64,000 nt of DNA from an uncultured Verrucomicrobiota bacterium. GTDB taxonomy: Bacteria > Verrucomicrobiota > Kiritimatiellia > RFP12 > UBA1067. A program made the translations under genes and the position numbers. The notes under the pieces are model-generated. The model made no database searches and had not been told where the DNA came from. It saw only the letters and a program-made list of their open reading frames with translations. Location of the stretch: positions 24,790-88,789 of the forward strand of contig CAMOFK010000003.1 in assembly GCA_946613265.1 (NCBI GenBank). Direction: 5' to 3'. Of the stretch, positions 33,788-42,843 are shown piece by piece. Position 1 is the stretch's first letter. Every line of letters starts with the position of its first letter.

Positions 33788-35089
33788 TTACTTCTTTCTA
33801 TTGTCGATGACGCGCTTGATTTTTCCTTCGCTGCGCGGCAGCGTGCCCGGCCCTACGAGAGTGATTTTCGGCGTAAGCCCGATGATGCCCTTGACGGCGG
33901 CGAGGACGCGCTTGCGGAGGTTCTCGAGGTCGCGGATGTTGTCGGAGAACGCTTCGCTCACGACTTCAACCTTGATTTCGAAGAGGTCGAGCGTATCGGT
34001 CGATTCGAGATGTATCTGGTAGTGCGGCGCGATCTCCGGCACTTTCATGAGTCCGGTCTCTATCTGCCCGGGGAACACGTTCACGCCGTGCACGATGAGC
34101 ATGTCGTCGGAGCGCGCGCTTATGCGATCCATCACGCGCATGGTGCGGCCGCACTTGCAGCGCTCCGTCTGAAGGCGCGAGAGGTCGCGCGTGCGGTAGC
34201 GGATCATCGGCGTGCCGAAGCGGTCGAGAGTCGTGAAGACGAGTTCGCCCTTCTCGCCGTCCGGCAGCGGCTCCAGGGTCTCCGGGTCGATGATTTCCGG
34301 GTAGAAGTGGTCTTCCCAGATATGCAGGCCGTCGCAGTATTCGCAGTTCCCGGCGACGCCCGGCCCTGAAATCTCCGTGAGGCCGTAGATGTCGTGCGCC
34401 TTGATGCCGGCGAGCTGCTCGATCTTGTCGCGGATTTCGTTCGTCCACGGCTCGGCGCCGAAAATGCCGTGCTTGAGCTTCGTATCGCGGCGGAAATCCA
34501 CGCCCATCTTTTCCGCGGTGGTTGCCAGATGCAGGAAGTAGCTGGGCGTGCATGCGATCGCCGTGACGCCGAGATCCTTCATGAGCATTATCTGCTTTTC
34601 GGTGTTGCCCGCGCCCGTGGGCAGCACGGCGCAGCCGAGTTTCTCGCCGCCGTAATGCGCGCCGAGGCCGCCCGTGAAAAGCCCGTAGCCGTAGGAGACC
34701 TGGAGAATGTCGTCGGGCCCGAGGCCGTACATCGCCATGCAGCGCGCCACGCCGTCCGTCCAGACTTCGATATCGCCCTTGGTGTTCGGGATGCAGATCG
34801 GCTTGCCCGTCGTCCCCGACGAGCAATGGAAGCGGACGATTTCGCTCATGGGCGCGGCCGTGAGGCCGAGGGGGTATTCGTCGCGAAGATCGGTCTTGAC
34901 CATGAAAGGGAACTTGGCGAGGTCGGCAAGCGCGACCAGGTCGCGCGGCTTCACGCCCTTCTCGTCGCAGCGCCGCCGGAACAGCGCGACGCGCTCGTAT
35001 TCGTACGCGATGATATTCTGCAGCTTCTTGAGCTGCATCGCGCGCAGTGCGGCGACGTCGATATAGTCGCGCTCACTTATCGGATTCAT
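33788..35089 (-). CDS. paaK: Phenylacetate-CoA ligase family (PaaK-like adenylate-forming enzyme)
   Basis: ATG at 35089 (the track start at 35092 is TTG). Motifs SSGTTGKP, YGLTE and RYRTRD. Confidence 0.8.
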   Translation of the reverse strand: MNPISERDYIDVAALRAMQLKKLQNIIAYEYERVALFRRRCDEKGVKPRDLVALADLAKFPFMVKTDLRDEYPLGLTAAPMSEIVRFHCSSGTTGKPICIPNTKGDIEVWTDGVARCMAMYGLGPDDILQVSYGYGLFTGGLGAHYGGEKLGCAVLPTGAGNTEKQIMLMKDLGVTAIACTPSYFLHLATTAEKMGVDFRRDTKLKHGIFGAEPWTNEIRDKIEQLAGIKAHDIYGLTEISGPGVAGNCEYCDGLHIWEDHFYPEIIDPETLEPLPDGEKGELVFTTLDRFGTPMIRYRTRDLSRLQTERCKCGRTMRVMDRISARSDDMLIVHGVNVFPGQIETGLMKVPEIAPHYQIHLESTDTLDLFEIKVEVVSEAFSDNIRDLENLRKRVLAAVKGIIGLTPKITLVGPGTLPRSEGKIKRVIDNRKK

Positions 35090-36116
35090 CAACAGCCTCC
35101 ATTAGTTTTTCCATTTGTCCGTCCGTGCCGATCGTTATTCGGAGCCTGTCTCCGGTCGAAGGGCCCTTGAAATAGCGCACATACACGCCCGCGTCCTTCA
35201 GACGCGCGAAAAGCGCCGCGGCCGCCGCGTGCGCGTCGCCATCCTTCGCGGGCGGGCGCGCGAACACGAAGTTCGCCTCGCTCGGGATCACGTCCCAGCC
35301 GCGCGCGGCCAGCGCCGCCGAGAATGCTGCGCGCGTAGCCTTGATTTTGGCGGCGTTCGCCTTCATCCACGCCTGGTCGCGGAGCGCGGCGAGCGCCACG
35401 GCCTGCGCGACGGCATCGACGTTGTAGGAATCTTTCACCTTGTAAAGCGCGGCGACGAGCGGCTCCGGGCCGACGCAATAGCCGACGCGAAGCCCGGCGA
35501 GCGAATAGCTCTTCGAGAACGTCCGCATCACGATCGTGTTGCGCGCGTCCGGCGCCGTCGCCAGCGCCATGCAGTTCGCGCGCGCGAAATCCGCGTAGGC
35601 CTCGTCGACGATCACCACGCCGTCGAAGGCGGCGGCGAACGCGGCGACTTCGTGCGGCTCGCGGAATTCCCCGGTTGGCGCGTTGGGGTTCGTGAGCAGG
35701 AAAAGCGAAACGCCGCGGCGCATCGCCTCTTGCGCCGTCGCCGCGCCCCGCCACGGGACGTCGCGAATCGCCGCCAGCGTCTTGTAGAGCGAATACGAAG
35801 GATCGAGCGAACCGATCGCGCCATCGTTCTCCACGAAAGCCCTGGCGGCGAGCGAGAGGATTTCATCGGAGCCGTTGCCGACGAAAACGCGCTCTGGAGT
35901 CGTCGCGTTGAGCGCGGCGATTTCCGCGCGCAGTTCGGCGAATTCCGGGTCTGGATAGCGGCGAAGGCGCTCGAGATCGAACGCGCGCAAGACTTCCGCG
36001 CACGCCGGCGACGGCGGGTAGGGGTTTTCGTTCGTATTGAGTTTGACGACGTCGCCGCGCTTTGGCTGTTCGCCCGGCACGTACGGCTCCAACTTCGCTA
36101 TCGCCTTGGCTATCAT
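35073..36116 (-). CDS. hisC: Histidinol-phosphate/aromatic aminotransferase
   Basis: LNTNENPYPPSP...GNGSDEIL...FSKSYSLAGLRVGY (PLP lysine). Confidence 0.85.
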   Translation of the reverse strand: MIAKAIAKLEPYVPGEQPKRGDVVKLNTNENPYPPSPACAEVLRAFDLERLRRYPDPEFAELRAEIAALNATTPERVFVGNGSDEILSLAARAFVENDGAIGSLDPSYSLYKTLAAIRDVPWRGAATAQEAMRRGVSLFLLTNPNAPTGEFREPHEVAAFAAAFDGVVIVDEAYADFARANCMALATAPDARNTIVMRTFSKSYSLAGLRVGYCVGPEPLVAALYKVKDSYNVDAVAQAVALAALRDQAWMKANAAKIKATRAAFSAALAARGWDVIPSEANFVFARPPAKDGDAHAAAAALFARLKDAGVYVRYFKGPSTGDRLRITIGTDGQMEKLMEAVDESDK

Positions 36117-36128
36117 GGGAAAAACCTT

Positions 36129-36647
36129 CTAGAACTCCATCAGCTTCAGCCCGTTGAAAACTTTGCGCGCGCCGGCGCCGCGCGGCGCCGCGCCGCTCCC
36201 GGAATCGCGCTTCGCCGCCGCCTCCTCCTCGGCGAGGCGGGTGCTCTCGATCTTCTGGAAATCCCCCTCGCGAACGTCCTCGCCGGGCATCACCAGCTCC
36301 GCGGACGTATGCATCGCATGGCGCTTGAGAAGGACGAAAAGGACGTACTCGTCGGTCGTGTATGTCGAAAGGTCGCGGACGCCAAGCGCGCCCTCGCGGC
36401 GGATCGCCCAGTCCATCATGCCGATGTTGTTCGCGAGCTTGACGGTGTTGGCGAAGAACCGGCAATCGTTGACGTTCGGCGCAGCCGGATTGCCGCTCGC
36501 CAGCGGTATGCAGTTGAAAAGCAGCCAATTCGAGTTTTCGACATCCACCATCGTCTTGCCAGTGCGGCAGACGCGCACCGAGGCGCAGCCGCAGAAGGCC
36601 GCCAGCCCAAGCGCCGCAAGCGCACGGAGGAGCCGCGCGGCGCTCAT
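36129..36647 (-). CDS. Hypothetical lipoprotein, paralog B
   Basis: Signal/lipobox LAAFCGC. Shares NSNWLLFNCIPLASGN with the upstream paralog. Confidence 0.6.
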   Translation of the reverse strand: MSAARLLRALAALGLAAFCGCASVRVCRTGKTMVDVENSNWLLFNCIPLASGNPAAPNVNDCRFFANTVKLANNIGMMDWAIRREGALGVRDLSTYTTDEYVLFVLLKRHAMHTSAELVMPGEDVREGDFQKIESTRLAEEEAAAKRDSGSGAAPRGAGARKVFNGLKLMEF

Positions 36648-37048
36648 CTGCCCTCCTCCACGTTGTTTTTCAAGACTCCGGAGAGCTGTATCTCCCTGAA
36701 CGTCAGCACGTACGGCAGCGGTATCGGCAGGTCGGTGCCGGGTATGTTGAACATGACGGAATCGTGATTGTGATACGCGAGGTCGCGAAGCGCCTTGCCG
36801 GCGCGCTCAGCGTATGCCACGACCCTCCCCTGCACCTTCTCCATCGTGACGTCGTTGCGGAACATCACCGTAGGCGCGAACGCGCCTTCCGCCGCGTTTC
36901 CCGTCGCCAGCGGTATGACGTTGAAGAGATACCACCCGTAGTTGGTCACCAAGATGTTCTCGTCGCCGGATTTGGACAATTCCGCCGTCTCTAGCGTGAA
37001 ACACCCGGCAAACGCAAGCGTCACCGCAGCTATCAACCACTTTCCCAT
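36644..37048 (-). CDS. Hypothetical lipoprotein, paralog A
   Basis: ORF trimmed to ATG 37048. Lipobox in MGKWLIAAVTLAFAGC. Motif NYGWYLFNVIPLATGN. ATGA overlap with paralog B. Confidence 0.6.
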   Translation of the reverse strand: MGKWLIAAVTLAFAGCFTLETAELSKSGDENILVTNYGWYLFNVIPLATGNAAEGAFAPTVMFRNDVTMEKVQGRVVAYAERAGKALRDLAYHNHDSVMFNIPGTDLPIPLPYVLTFREIQLSGVLKNNVEEGR

Positions 37049-37055
37049 GCTTCCT

Positions 37056-37064
37056 ATTATACCA
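37056..37064 (-). promoter_or_regulatory. Extended -10 promoter (TGGTATAAT), leaderless arrangement for the lipoprotein-hisC-paaK-GT operon
   Basis: The hexamer ends at 37056 and the ATG is at 37048, exactly 7 nt later. Confidence 0.5.
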
Positions 37065-37113
37065 TTTTCCGCGCCCGGCGTGGGAATGCGGCGCAAGTTT
37101 TCCGCCCGCCCTG

Positions 37114-38757
37114 TCACTTCTTCTTGCCGCCGGCGCAGATTTCCGCGATGTTCATCGAATAGGAGCGTATGCGATCGTACGCATTGAGTATGTCCAGCGT
37201 AGCGAGAACGGCGGCCGACGACGTCTTCGCCGCGCCGATGCGCAGCAGCTGCTTCTGCCGCGCATTCCTCACCATTTCCTTCAAGCGCGCGGACTGCTCG
37301 CGCCGGCTCTTCAAATCCACGCGCCCCTGGAGCTCCTCGCGGCCGAACGTCGCCATCTCCACGGCGGCGTCGTGGACTTCGAGGACGGTGGCGAGCGTCT
37401 CGCCCTCCAGCTCCTCGCCTTCCGCGTAGATGCGCTGCAACGCGCGCTGGATCGCCGGCGCTTCGTCGGAAAGCGATTCCAGCTCGTCCGCCAGGCGCAG
37501 GAGATCGCGGGCGAGGGCCGCCGTCTGCGAAGGCAGGCGCTTGAGCATGATTTCGCCCAGGAAGGCGGTGACTTCGCTCTGGACGCTATCGAGGATTTCT
37601 TCGCGTTTGGCGACGTGGCGGAGGCTCTTTTCGTCGGCTTCGCGCACCAGCGCCTTGCGGACGTGCCGCAGCATGTCCACGACACTCGCGGCCATGAACT
37701 CCACTTCCGTGGCGGCCTGTTCGCATGCGATCACCGGGCTTATCCTTCCGCGGGAGTTCAGCGCGGAGAGATGCGGCTTTTCATCCGCGCGCTCCGGGAC
37801 GAGCCACTCGAGGAATTTCGCGATCTGGCGCGCGAACGGGAAGACGAGCACGCCGCGTATGAGCGAGAACACCGTGTCCGTCACGGCGATAGGCGCCATG
37901 ACGCGGACTTCCCAATCGGGGAAAAGCCACTTCCCGAACGGCGCGAAAAGGCAAAGCGCGAAAGGTATGCAGACGAGCGAGCCGGCGAGATTGGTGAGCG
38001 TGTGCGCGAGCGCGAGCCGCCGCGCGGCGCTGCCGCCGCCGATCGTCGCCAGCCACAGCGTCGCCGTCGTTCCGATGTTCGCGCCGAAGAGCGAGGCGAT
38101 CGCCGTTTCGTAGGGGACCATGCCTTCGGAAGCCAGCGTCATGAAAATAAGTATTCCCGCCGCCGAACTCTGGATCACCGCCGTGAATGCGCACGAGACG
38201 GCCGCGACGGCGAAGACGCCGCCGATCGTGCGCGCATCCAGCGTCGCCAGCGCGCGCATGAGCGCAGGCGAGCTCTTCACCGGCTCGACGCCGGCTTTCA
38301 TGAAATGCATGCCGAGAAAGACGAGGCCGAGACCGATCAGCGCAAGCGAAATATGCCGCAGGCGCCCGCGCGGCAGAAAGAAATAGCCGGCCGCGCCGCA
38401 TGCAAGCGCGCCGAGCCCCAGCATCTCGGGACTCGGCGCAAACGCCATCAGCCATATAGTGAACGTCGTGCCGATATTCGCGCCGACGAGGACGTTGATG
38501 GACTCCACGAGCGTCATCATCCGCGATTCCACGAACCCCACCAGCATCACGGTGACGATCGACGACGACTGCATGAGAAGCGTCGCGCCCGCGCCCATCG
38601 CGACGCCCGAAAGGCTCTTGCCGGTCGCGACCGACATGAAACCGCGCAGCCCGTTCCCTCCGGCGGCCTGCAAGCCGTCGGAAAGATGGCGCATGCCGAG
38701 CAGGAACAATCCCAGCCCGCCGCCTACGCTCGCAAGCGCTATAAGCAACACATCCAT
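37114..38757 (-). CDS. Na+/phosphate cotransporter family protein with PhoU-like C-terminal domain
   Basis: LFLLGMRHLSDGL...QSSSIVTVML...GANIGTT duplicated motif, then a helical PhoU-like tail. Confidence 0.8.
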   Translation of the reverse strand: MDVLLIALASVGGGLGLFLLGMRHLSDGLQAAGGNGLRGFMSVATGKSLSGVAMGAGATLLMQSSSIVTVMLVGFVESRMMTLVESINVLVGANIGTTFTIWLMAFAPSPEMLGLGALACGAAGYFFLPRGRLRHISLALIGLGLVFLGMHFMKAGVEPVKSSPALMRALATLDARTIGGVFAVAAVSCAFTAVIQSSAAGILIFMTLASEGMVPYETAIASLFGANIGTTATLWLATIGGGSAARRLALAHTLTNLAGSLVCIPFALCLFAPFGKWLFPDWEVRVMAPIAVTDTVFSLIRGVLVFPFARQIAKFLEWLVPERADEKPHLSALNSRGRISPVIACEQAATEVEFMAASVVDMLRHVRKALVREADEKSLRHVAKREEILDSVQSEVTAFLGEIMLKRLPSQTAALARDLLRLADELESLSDEAPAIQRALQRIYAEGEELEGETLATVLEVHDAAVEMATFGREELQGRVDLKSRREQSARLKEMVRNARQKQLLRIGAAKTSSAAVLATLDILNAYDRIRSYSMNIAEICAGGKKK

Positions 38758-38809
38758 CTTCGCGAAATCTCTGCGGGATTCAGGCGGCGCGCGCGGCTTT
38801 CGCGCCGCG

Positions 38810-40045
38810 TCACTTCGCGAGGTTGCGGAGTTTCTCCAGCGTTATCGCATCCACGAGGCGCCCGAAGCCCCCGGCGGCGCCCTCGCCGCCGGCGCCGCCC
38901 ATCGACACCATCGCAGGCAGCGACATTCCCGCCAGCCCCTTGCCGATGGATTCCCACTTCGCCGCCGCCTTCTTGTAGTCGTACTCCAGCTGCATCTGCT
39001 GCAACTCCGTGATCGCGCCGGAAAGCTCGATCTCCTTCTGCTTGGCCTGCGCGGCGGCGACTTTCTGCTCGGCCTGCAAACGGACGGTCTCGAGGCGCTC
39101 GGCTTCCGTCCGCTTGGCGATCTCCGCGACCGCGCGCTCTTTCTCCGCCTCGATTTCCGCGACTTCCTTTTCCCTCGTCACCGCGATCGCGGCGACTTCC
39201 TTCTCCTTCTGCGCCTTGACGAGCATCTGCTCCTTTTCGAGCTTCTCGACATCGACTTTCTTCTGCGCCTCGATATTCGCAAGACGCGCCTGGCGCTCCG
39301 CTTCCGTGACGAGTTTCGCCGTCTCCGCGTCCGCCTTGCCTTTGTATTCGGCGATTTCGCGCTCGTAGTTCGCCTTCGTCTTCAGCGTCTCCGCCTCGAG
39401 CTTGATTTTCTCCGCCTCGGCAAGGCGCTTCTGCAAATCCGCTTCGCGCTGCTTGGCGAACTGCGTTTTCGTGTTTTCGTCGGGATCGGGGCGGCCATCG
39501 ACGGTGAAGCTGTTTACGTCTATGCCTTGCTCCAGCAGATCCTTGTTGTGCAGGATGGCGTCGTGCATCGCTTTCACGAAGTCCGGGAACTTGTCGCCGC
39601 CGATCACCGCGGAAGGGTCGAACTGCGAGGAGACGCATTGCGCGACCGTGTTGAGAGTGGTATAGACCTTCTTCCAGATTTTCTCGTCGTCGCCTTCGAC
39701 CTGCTGGTGGAGCTTGATTATCGTGTCGTCGTCGGCGGTGTCGATCCTGTAGCCGATCTGGCAGGACATGAGAGCGGTGGACTTGTTGTTGAACTGGATG
39801 TTCAGCGCGTCCTTCTCCGCGGCGTTGTTGGAGCAAATGTATATCCCCGCCTTCGGATACACCCATATCGTCGGGCAGATTTGCGCCCACCATCCCGCCT
39901 GCCTGCGCACGACGACATCGCCGCCTATCGACTGCACGATCGCGAAGTTGTGGTTGTCGAGCTTGTGCATGAACTGCGCCGCGCCGATGCAAAGCGCGAC
40001 AAGCGCGCCGAGCGTGCAAACAAGATAAAGAACTGGTTTTCTCAT
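38810..40045 (-). CDS. SPFH/band-7-like membrane protein with long Glu/Lys/Ala coiled coil
   Basis: ORF 38810-41290 trimmed to ATG 40045 (AGGAGA Shine-Dalgarno). N-terminal TM segment, an SPFH-like core, and about 170 aa of coiled coil. Confidence 0.55.
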   Translation of the reverse strand: MRKPVLYLVCTLGALVALCIGAAQFMHKLDNHNFAIVQSIGGDVVVRRQAGWWAQICPTIWVYPKAGIYICSNNAAEKDALNIQFNNKSTALMSCQIGYRIDTADDDTIIKLHQQVEGDDEKIWKKVYTTLNTVAQCVSSQFDPSAVIGGDKFPDFVKAMHDAILHNKDLLEQGIDVNSFTVDGRPDPDENTKTQFAKQREADLQKRLAEAEKIKLEAETLKTKANYEREIAEYKGKADAETAKLVTEAERQARLANIEAQKKVDVEKLEKEQMLVKAQKEKEVAAIAVTREKEVAEIEAEKERAVAEIAKRTEAERLETVRLQAEQKVAAAQAKQKEIELSGAITELQQMQLEYDYKKAAAKWESIGKGLAGMSLPAMVSMGGAGGEGAAGGFGRLVDAITLEKLRNLAK

Positions 40046-40110
40046 TCCGCCATTCTCCTGTTCTGCCGGTGCCCCGGCGTGAAAAACCTCGAAACGCGAA
40101 CGCCGCCGCC

Positions 40111-40680
40111 TCACCCGAAAAGCGCGGCGTTCCATTTGTTCATCGCGCGGTCGGCGCCGTCTGCGATAATGGAAGAAACCATTTCCGGCGCCTTGCCGAC
40201 GACGGCGTCGATCGTCTTGCGCGCGGCCGGGTCGAACTTGCCAAGCACGAAGCCGATTACGTCCGCCTTGTCTTTGCCGACGCCGATTTTCAGGCGCGCG
40301 AAATCCTGCGTGCCGAGGCGCTCGATTATGCTGCGCACGCCGTTGTGGCCGCCGCACGATCCGTTCTTGCGTATGCGCACCCTGCCGAGAGGCAGGTCGA
40401 TATCGTCGTGGACGACGACGAGATCCGCGGCCGTCGCGTTGCTGTATTTGACGAGCGGCGCCACGCTCTCCCCGGAGAGATTCATGAACGTGAGCGGCTT
40501 GACGAGCAGCACCGCCGCGCCGCCGAGAGTGCCGCGCGCGAGCATGCACTTGAACGCGCGCTTCTCCTCCCAGGAGGCGCCGATCTCCATGGCGATCGCC
40601 TCCACCGCCTCGAAGCCGACCGAGTGCGGAGTGTTGGCGTATTGCACGCCGGGATTGCCCAGCCCCGCGACGATCTTCAT
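40111..40680 (-). CDS. pth: Peptidyl-tRNA hydrolase
   Basis: MKIVAGLGNPG...TPHSVGF...FMNLSGESV...GGHNGVRSI. Confidence 0.95.
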   Translation of the reverse strand: MKIVAGLGNPGVQYANTPHSVGFEAVEAIAMEIGASWEEKRAFKCMLARGTLGGAAVLLVKPLTFMNLSGESVAPLVKYSNATAADLVVVHDDIDLPLGRVRIRKNGSCGGHNGVRSIIERLGTQDFARLKIGVGKDKADVIGFVLGKFDPAARKTIDAVVGKAPEMVSSIIADGADRAMNKWNAALFG

Positions 40681-40683
40681 CTA

Positions 40684-41652
40684 CTACTCGTGGTTGAAGA
40701 GGTCGTTTACGCTCTCGTCGGAATGTATCCGCTTGATGGCCTCGCCGATCAGCGGCGCCACGGAGAGGCAAGTGAGCTTGAACGGCAGCTTGCTGGGGTC
40801 GAAACCCGCGCGCAAAGGTATGGAATCGGTGACGACCAGCTCGTCGAGCTGCGTCTCGTGCATAAGCCTCTCCGCGCCTTTGTCGGTCAGCGGGAAGTGG
40901 GAGACGAACGCATGCACGGACTTCGCGCCATTGTCGCGGCAGAGCTTGGCCGCCGCGGAAAGCGTCCCGCCGGTCGCCGTCATGTCGTCGATCATGATGA
41001 CGTTGCAGTCCTTCACGTCGCCGACGATGGAAAACGCATCGACCGTCGCATCGCCCGTACGCTGCTTGGCGACGATCGCCAGCCCTGTGGCGAGCTTGCG
41101 GCTGTACGCATACGCGGTCTTGGCGCCGCCGGTATCCGGGGCGACGACGATCGGGCGCGCGAAATGCTGGTCGCGGATGTATTTGAGAATCACCGGCTCG
41201 GCGTGCAGATGGTCGAGCGGGATGTCGAAGAAGCCCTGGATCTGGTTGGCGTGCAAATCCATCGTGAGCACGCGGCTTGCGCCTGCGCACTCGAGGAGGT
41301 TGGCGACGAGGCGCGCGGTGATCGGCACGCGCGGCTGGTCCTTGCGGTCCTGGCGCGCATAGCCGTAGTACGGCAGGACGGCCGTGATGCGCGCCGCGCT
41401 GCCGCGCCGCAACGCGTCCATGATGATGAACAGCTCCATGTACGCATCGTTGGGGCGCGGGTTCCCGGACTGTATGACGAAGACGTCGCGGCCGCGCACG
41501 GTCTCGTCGATCTGGCAGAACGTCTCGCCGTCCGGGAAGTGGCGGATGTCTATCTTGTTGAGCGGCCTGCCAAGATACGCCGCCACCTTCTCCGCCAGAG
41601 GGGGATTGGCCGTCCCCGAAAAAATCATGAAATCGCCTTTTACCTCGCTCAT
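40684..41652 (-). CDS. prs: Ribose-phosphate pyrophosphokinase
   Basis: FPDGE...YYGYARQDRK...DLHANQIQGFF...VIMIDDMTATGGT. Confidence 0.95.
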   Translation of the reverse strand: MSEVKGDFMIFSGTANPPLAEKVAAYLGRPLNKIDIRHFPDGETFCQIDETVRGRDVFVIQSGNPRPNDAYMELFIIMDALRRGSAARITAVLPYYGYARQDRKDQPRVPITARLVANLLECAGASRVLTMDLHANQIQGFFDIPLDHLHAEPVILKYIRDQHFARPIVVAPDTGGAKTAYAYSRKLATGLAIVAKQRTGDATVDAFSIVGDVKDCNVIMIDDMTATGGTLSAAAKLCRDNGAKSVHAFVSHFPLTDKGAERLMHETQLDELVVTDSIPLRAGFDPSKLPFKLTCLSVAPLIGEAIKRIHSDESVNDLFNHE

Positions 41653-41678
41653 CGTCGCTCCTCTTCGCTTTGGGGCAT

Positions 41679-41687
41679 ATTATATCA
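41679..41687 (-). promoter_or_regulatory. Extended -10 promoter (TGATATAAT) for prs-pth
   Basis: The minus strand reads TGATATAAT. A GAGGAG Shine-Dalgarno lies in a ~20-nt leader. Confidence 0.5.
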
Positions 41688-42785
41688 TATTTCGGCGCCG
41701 CTTTGGGCGTCGCGGGCGGTCGCGCCGAATATCCAGCGTTTCTGGACGCCGTAGGAGACGAAGAAAAGCGCCGTCTCCACGACGATCTTTATGCACGTCA
41801 CCGCCAGGCCGCGCGCGTCGAAAAGGCGCGAAAGCGCCGCCGTGCACACATAGCCGCCCAGCATTATCGCGCCGGCGAGCAGCCAGTATTTCGCGAACGA
41901 CGCGACGCGCGACGCGTCCGAACGGAATACGACAACGCGGTTGAACAGGTAGTTCGCGCTCGCGGAAAGCGCGCGCGCCGCCACCATCGCGACAAGCACG
42001 CAAGTCGCGCGCTTGCACTGCGTTGCGTTCGTCGCCGCGACGAACACGAGAGTGAACACGGCGTTGTCGATGAGGAAGCACGCGACGGACGAGATGCAGA
42101 ATTTCAGCAGCGCCCCGTAGATTCTGATGGAGTCGCGCAGCGGATTGAAATGCGACGATGCGTTTTCCTCGATGTACACCGTCTCTATCGGGATCTGGAG
42201 AGGCGGCGCGGCATGGCGCCTGGCGTCCGCCAGCATGCGCATCTCGTATTCGTAGCGCTCGCCTGGGAGCGCCAGCATCTCCTGCAGCAGGCCCGCGGGA
42301 ATCCCGCGAAGCCCCGTCTGCGTATCGCCGATGCGCAGGCGCGTGGCGAGAAAGAAAAACTGCCGCGTCCACCAGTTTCCGAAACGCGAGCGCAACGGCA
42401 CCTTCCCCGTGAAAGACCTGACGCCGAGAGTCAGCCCGCCGGGATGCCCGAGCGACGCGACGGCAACGCGCGCGATGTCGCCGGGCCGGTGCTGGCCGTC
42501 CGCATCCGCCGTCACCACCGAGCGGCAGTCCGCGCAGTTTTCGAGAATCCATTTGAAGCCCGTCTTCAGGGCCGCGCCCTTGCCGCGGTTCCGCGCGTGC
42601 GCGACGACGGGGATGCCGCGCTCGCGCGCCGCCTCGAAAACCTCGCGCCCCTTCTCCGAGCCGTCGTCCACGACGACGACGCGCACGCCGAGCTTCCCAA
42701 GCTCGTCCAGCAGCGCCGTCAGCTTGCCGTCGGGATTGTACGCCGGGACGAGAACAACTGTGCCTTTCAGCGCTTCGGTCTTCAT
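41685..42785 (-). CDS. Polyprenol-phosphate glycosyltransferase (GT2, GtrB/DPM1-like) fused to GtrA-like membrane domain
   Basis: ORF trimmed to ATG 42785. VLVPAYNPDG...VVVDDGS...TADADGQHRP, followed by 4 TM segments (GtrA-like). Confidence 0.7.
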   Translation of the reverse strand: MKTEALKGTVVLVPAYNPDGKLTALLDELGKLGVRVVVVDDGSEKGREVFEAARERGIPVVAHARNRGKGAALKTGFKWILENCADCRSVVTADADGQHRPGDIARVAVASLGHPGGLTLGVRSFTGKVPLRSRFGNWWTRQFFFLATRLRIGDTQTGLRGIPAGLLQEMLALPGERYEYEMRMLADARRHAAPPLQIPIETVYIEENASSHFNPLRDSIRIYGALLKFCISSVACFLIDNAVFTLVFVAATNATQCKRATCVLVAMVAARALSASANYLFNRVVVFRSDASRVASFAKYWLLAGAIMLGGYVCTAALSRLFDARGLAVTCIKIVVETALFFVSYGVQKRWIFGATARDAQSGAEI

Positions 42786-42843
42786 TCGGTCGGCTCCTTT
42801 ATCGTGCGCATCGCCGCCCGCGGGCGTTGCGACATGTTTCATT

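Noticed and set aside
38459-41362. 967-aa plus-strand ORF, and the 826-aa minus-strand ORF 38810-41290
   Set aside because: The plus-strand ORF is antisense to the SPFH, pth and prs genes. The 826-aa minus-strand ORF is the SPFH gene artificially extended upstream, out of frame, through pth and prs. A good ATG with an AGGAGA Shine-Dalgarno at 40045 gives a sensible TM-anchored protein.
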